Shown here in pieces: positions 62,501 to 64,000 of a DNA stretch of 64,000 nt. The position numbers and the translations under genes are program-made. Source of the stretch: Chiloscyllium plagiosum (Eukaryota); NCBI RefSeq assembly GCF_004010195.1, contig NC_057758.1, positions 5,453,758 to 5,517,757 of the forward strand. The letters are read 5' to 3'. The first letter of the stretch is position 1, and each line of letters opens with the position of its first letter. Under the pieces are notes generated by a model that saw nothing but the letters and a program-made list of their open reading frames with translations, did not search any database and was not told the DNA's origin.

Positions 62501-64000
62501 CTCTCACTGTGGGGCTGTATCTCTCACTGTGGGGTTGTGTCTATCACTGTGGGGCTGTGTGTCTCACTGTGGGGCTGTGTGTCTCACTGTGGGGTTGTGT
62601 CTCTCACTGTGGGGCTGTGTCTCTCACTGTGGGGCTGTATCTCTCACTATGGGTTGTGCCTCTCACTGTGGGGTTGTGTCTCTCACTGTGGGGCTGTGTC
62701 TCTCACTGTGGGGATGTGTCTTTCACTATTGGGAATGTTTCTCTCCCTGTGGGTCTGTGTCTCTCACTGTGGGGCTGTATCTCTCACTGTGGACTGTATC
62801 TGTCACTGTGGGGTGGTGTCTCTCTGCACTGTGGGGCTGTATCTCTCACTGTGGGGCTGTATCTCTGACTGTAGTGCCAATACGTCTCACTGTGGGGTTG
62901 TGTCTCTCACTGTGTGTCTGTACATCTCACTGTGGGGCTGTATCTCTCGCTGTGGTTTTATATCTCTCATTGTGGTTCTGTATCTGTCACTGTGGGGCTG
63001 CATCTCTCACTATGGGCTAGGGTCTCTCACTGTGGTCTGTACCTCTCACTGTGGGGCTGTGTCTCTCACTGTGGGGCTGTATCTCTCACTGTGGGGTTGT
63101 GTCTCTCACTGTGAGGCTGTATCGCACACTGTGGGGTATATCTCAATGTGGGGCTATATCTCTCACTTTTGGGCTGTATCTCTCACTGTGGGCCTGTTTC
63201 TCTCACTGTGGGGCTGTATCTCTCACTGTGGGGCTGTATCTCTCACTGTGAGGTCCCACAGCGAGACACACAGCCCCACAGTGAGAGACACAGCCCCACA
63301 GTGAAGGACACAGCCCCACAGTGAGGGACACAGTCCCACAGTGAGGGACACAGTCCCACAGTGAGAGACACAGCCCCACAGTGAGGGACACAGTCCCACA
63401 GTGAGGGACACAGTCCCACAGTGAGGGACACAGCCCCACAGTGAGGGATACAACCCCACAGTGAGAGACTCAGCCCCACAGTGAGAGACACACAGCCCCA
63501 CAGTGAGAGACACACAACCCACAGTGAGACACACAGCCCCACAGTGAGAGACACAGCCCCACAGTGAGGGACACAGTCCCACAGTGAGGGACACAGTCCC
63601 ACAGTGAGAGACACAGCCCCACAGTGAGAGACACAGCCCCACAGTGAGAGACACAGCCCACAGTGAGAGATACAGCCCCACAGTGAGAGATACAGGCCCA
63701 CAGTGACAAATACAGCCCCACAGTGAGAGACACCACCCCACAGTGACAGATAGAGCCTTACTGTGAGAGATACAGCCCCACAGTGAGAGACACAAACCCA
63801 CAGTGAGAGAAACATTCCCTACAGTGAAAGACACAACCCACAGTGAGAGATACAGCCCCACAGTGAGACACAGCCCCACAGTGAAAGACACAACCCACAG
63901 TGACAGATATGGGGCAGTGTCTCTCAATGTGGGGTTGTGTCCCTCACTGTGGGGTTGTGTCTCCCACTGTGGAGCTGTGTGTCTCCCACTGTGGGGCTGT
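53569..64000 (+). repeat. 20-bp satellite array (consensus CTGTATCTCTCACTGTGGGG), >10 kb, with higher-order blocks and an internal inversion at ~63255-63910
   Basis: Continuous 18-21 bp units through to the window end; strand switch to CCCCACAGTGAGAGACACAG at 63255 and back at ~63911. Confidence 0.97.

Noticed and set aside
52995..63927. Very long Cys/Leu/Ser-rich ORFs (up to 820 aa) on the + strand
   Set aside because: Translation of a 20-bp satellite monomer that lacks stop codons in all three frames; some ORFs also run through N gaps.

Overview
Repeat-dense vertebrate genomic DNA. The repeat complement (HE1/V-SINE-type tRNA SINEs, CR1-type LINEs, Penelope-like elements) points to a cartilaginous fish, probably a shark. 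One real host gene is visible: a + strand IL-6-family cytokine most similar to cardiotrophin-2/neuropoietin (CTF2). It has a signal-peptide/helix-A exon at 35391-35527 that is absent from the ORF track, a large last exon at 42993-43457, and a probable AU-rich 3' end with a poly(A) signal near 45.23 kb. Its first coding exon is not visible. The rest of the window is decayed CR1 and RTE LINEs, three Ty3/Gypsy remnants with integrase-before-RT (Gmr1-type) order, Penelope fragments and short TSD-flanked Penelope-derived elements with minimal hammerhead ribozyme cores (one pair inside the cytokine intron), tandem duplications, and two large satellites (~45 bp unit at 45.7-53.1 kb; 20 bp unit at 53.6-64 kb). 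Two gaps of exactly 500 N suggest three separately assembled pieces were joined. Family assignments come from recalled motifs, not database searches. Most repeat boundaries are approximate.
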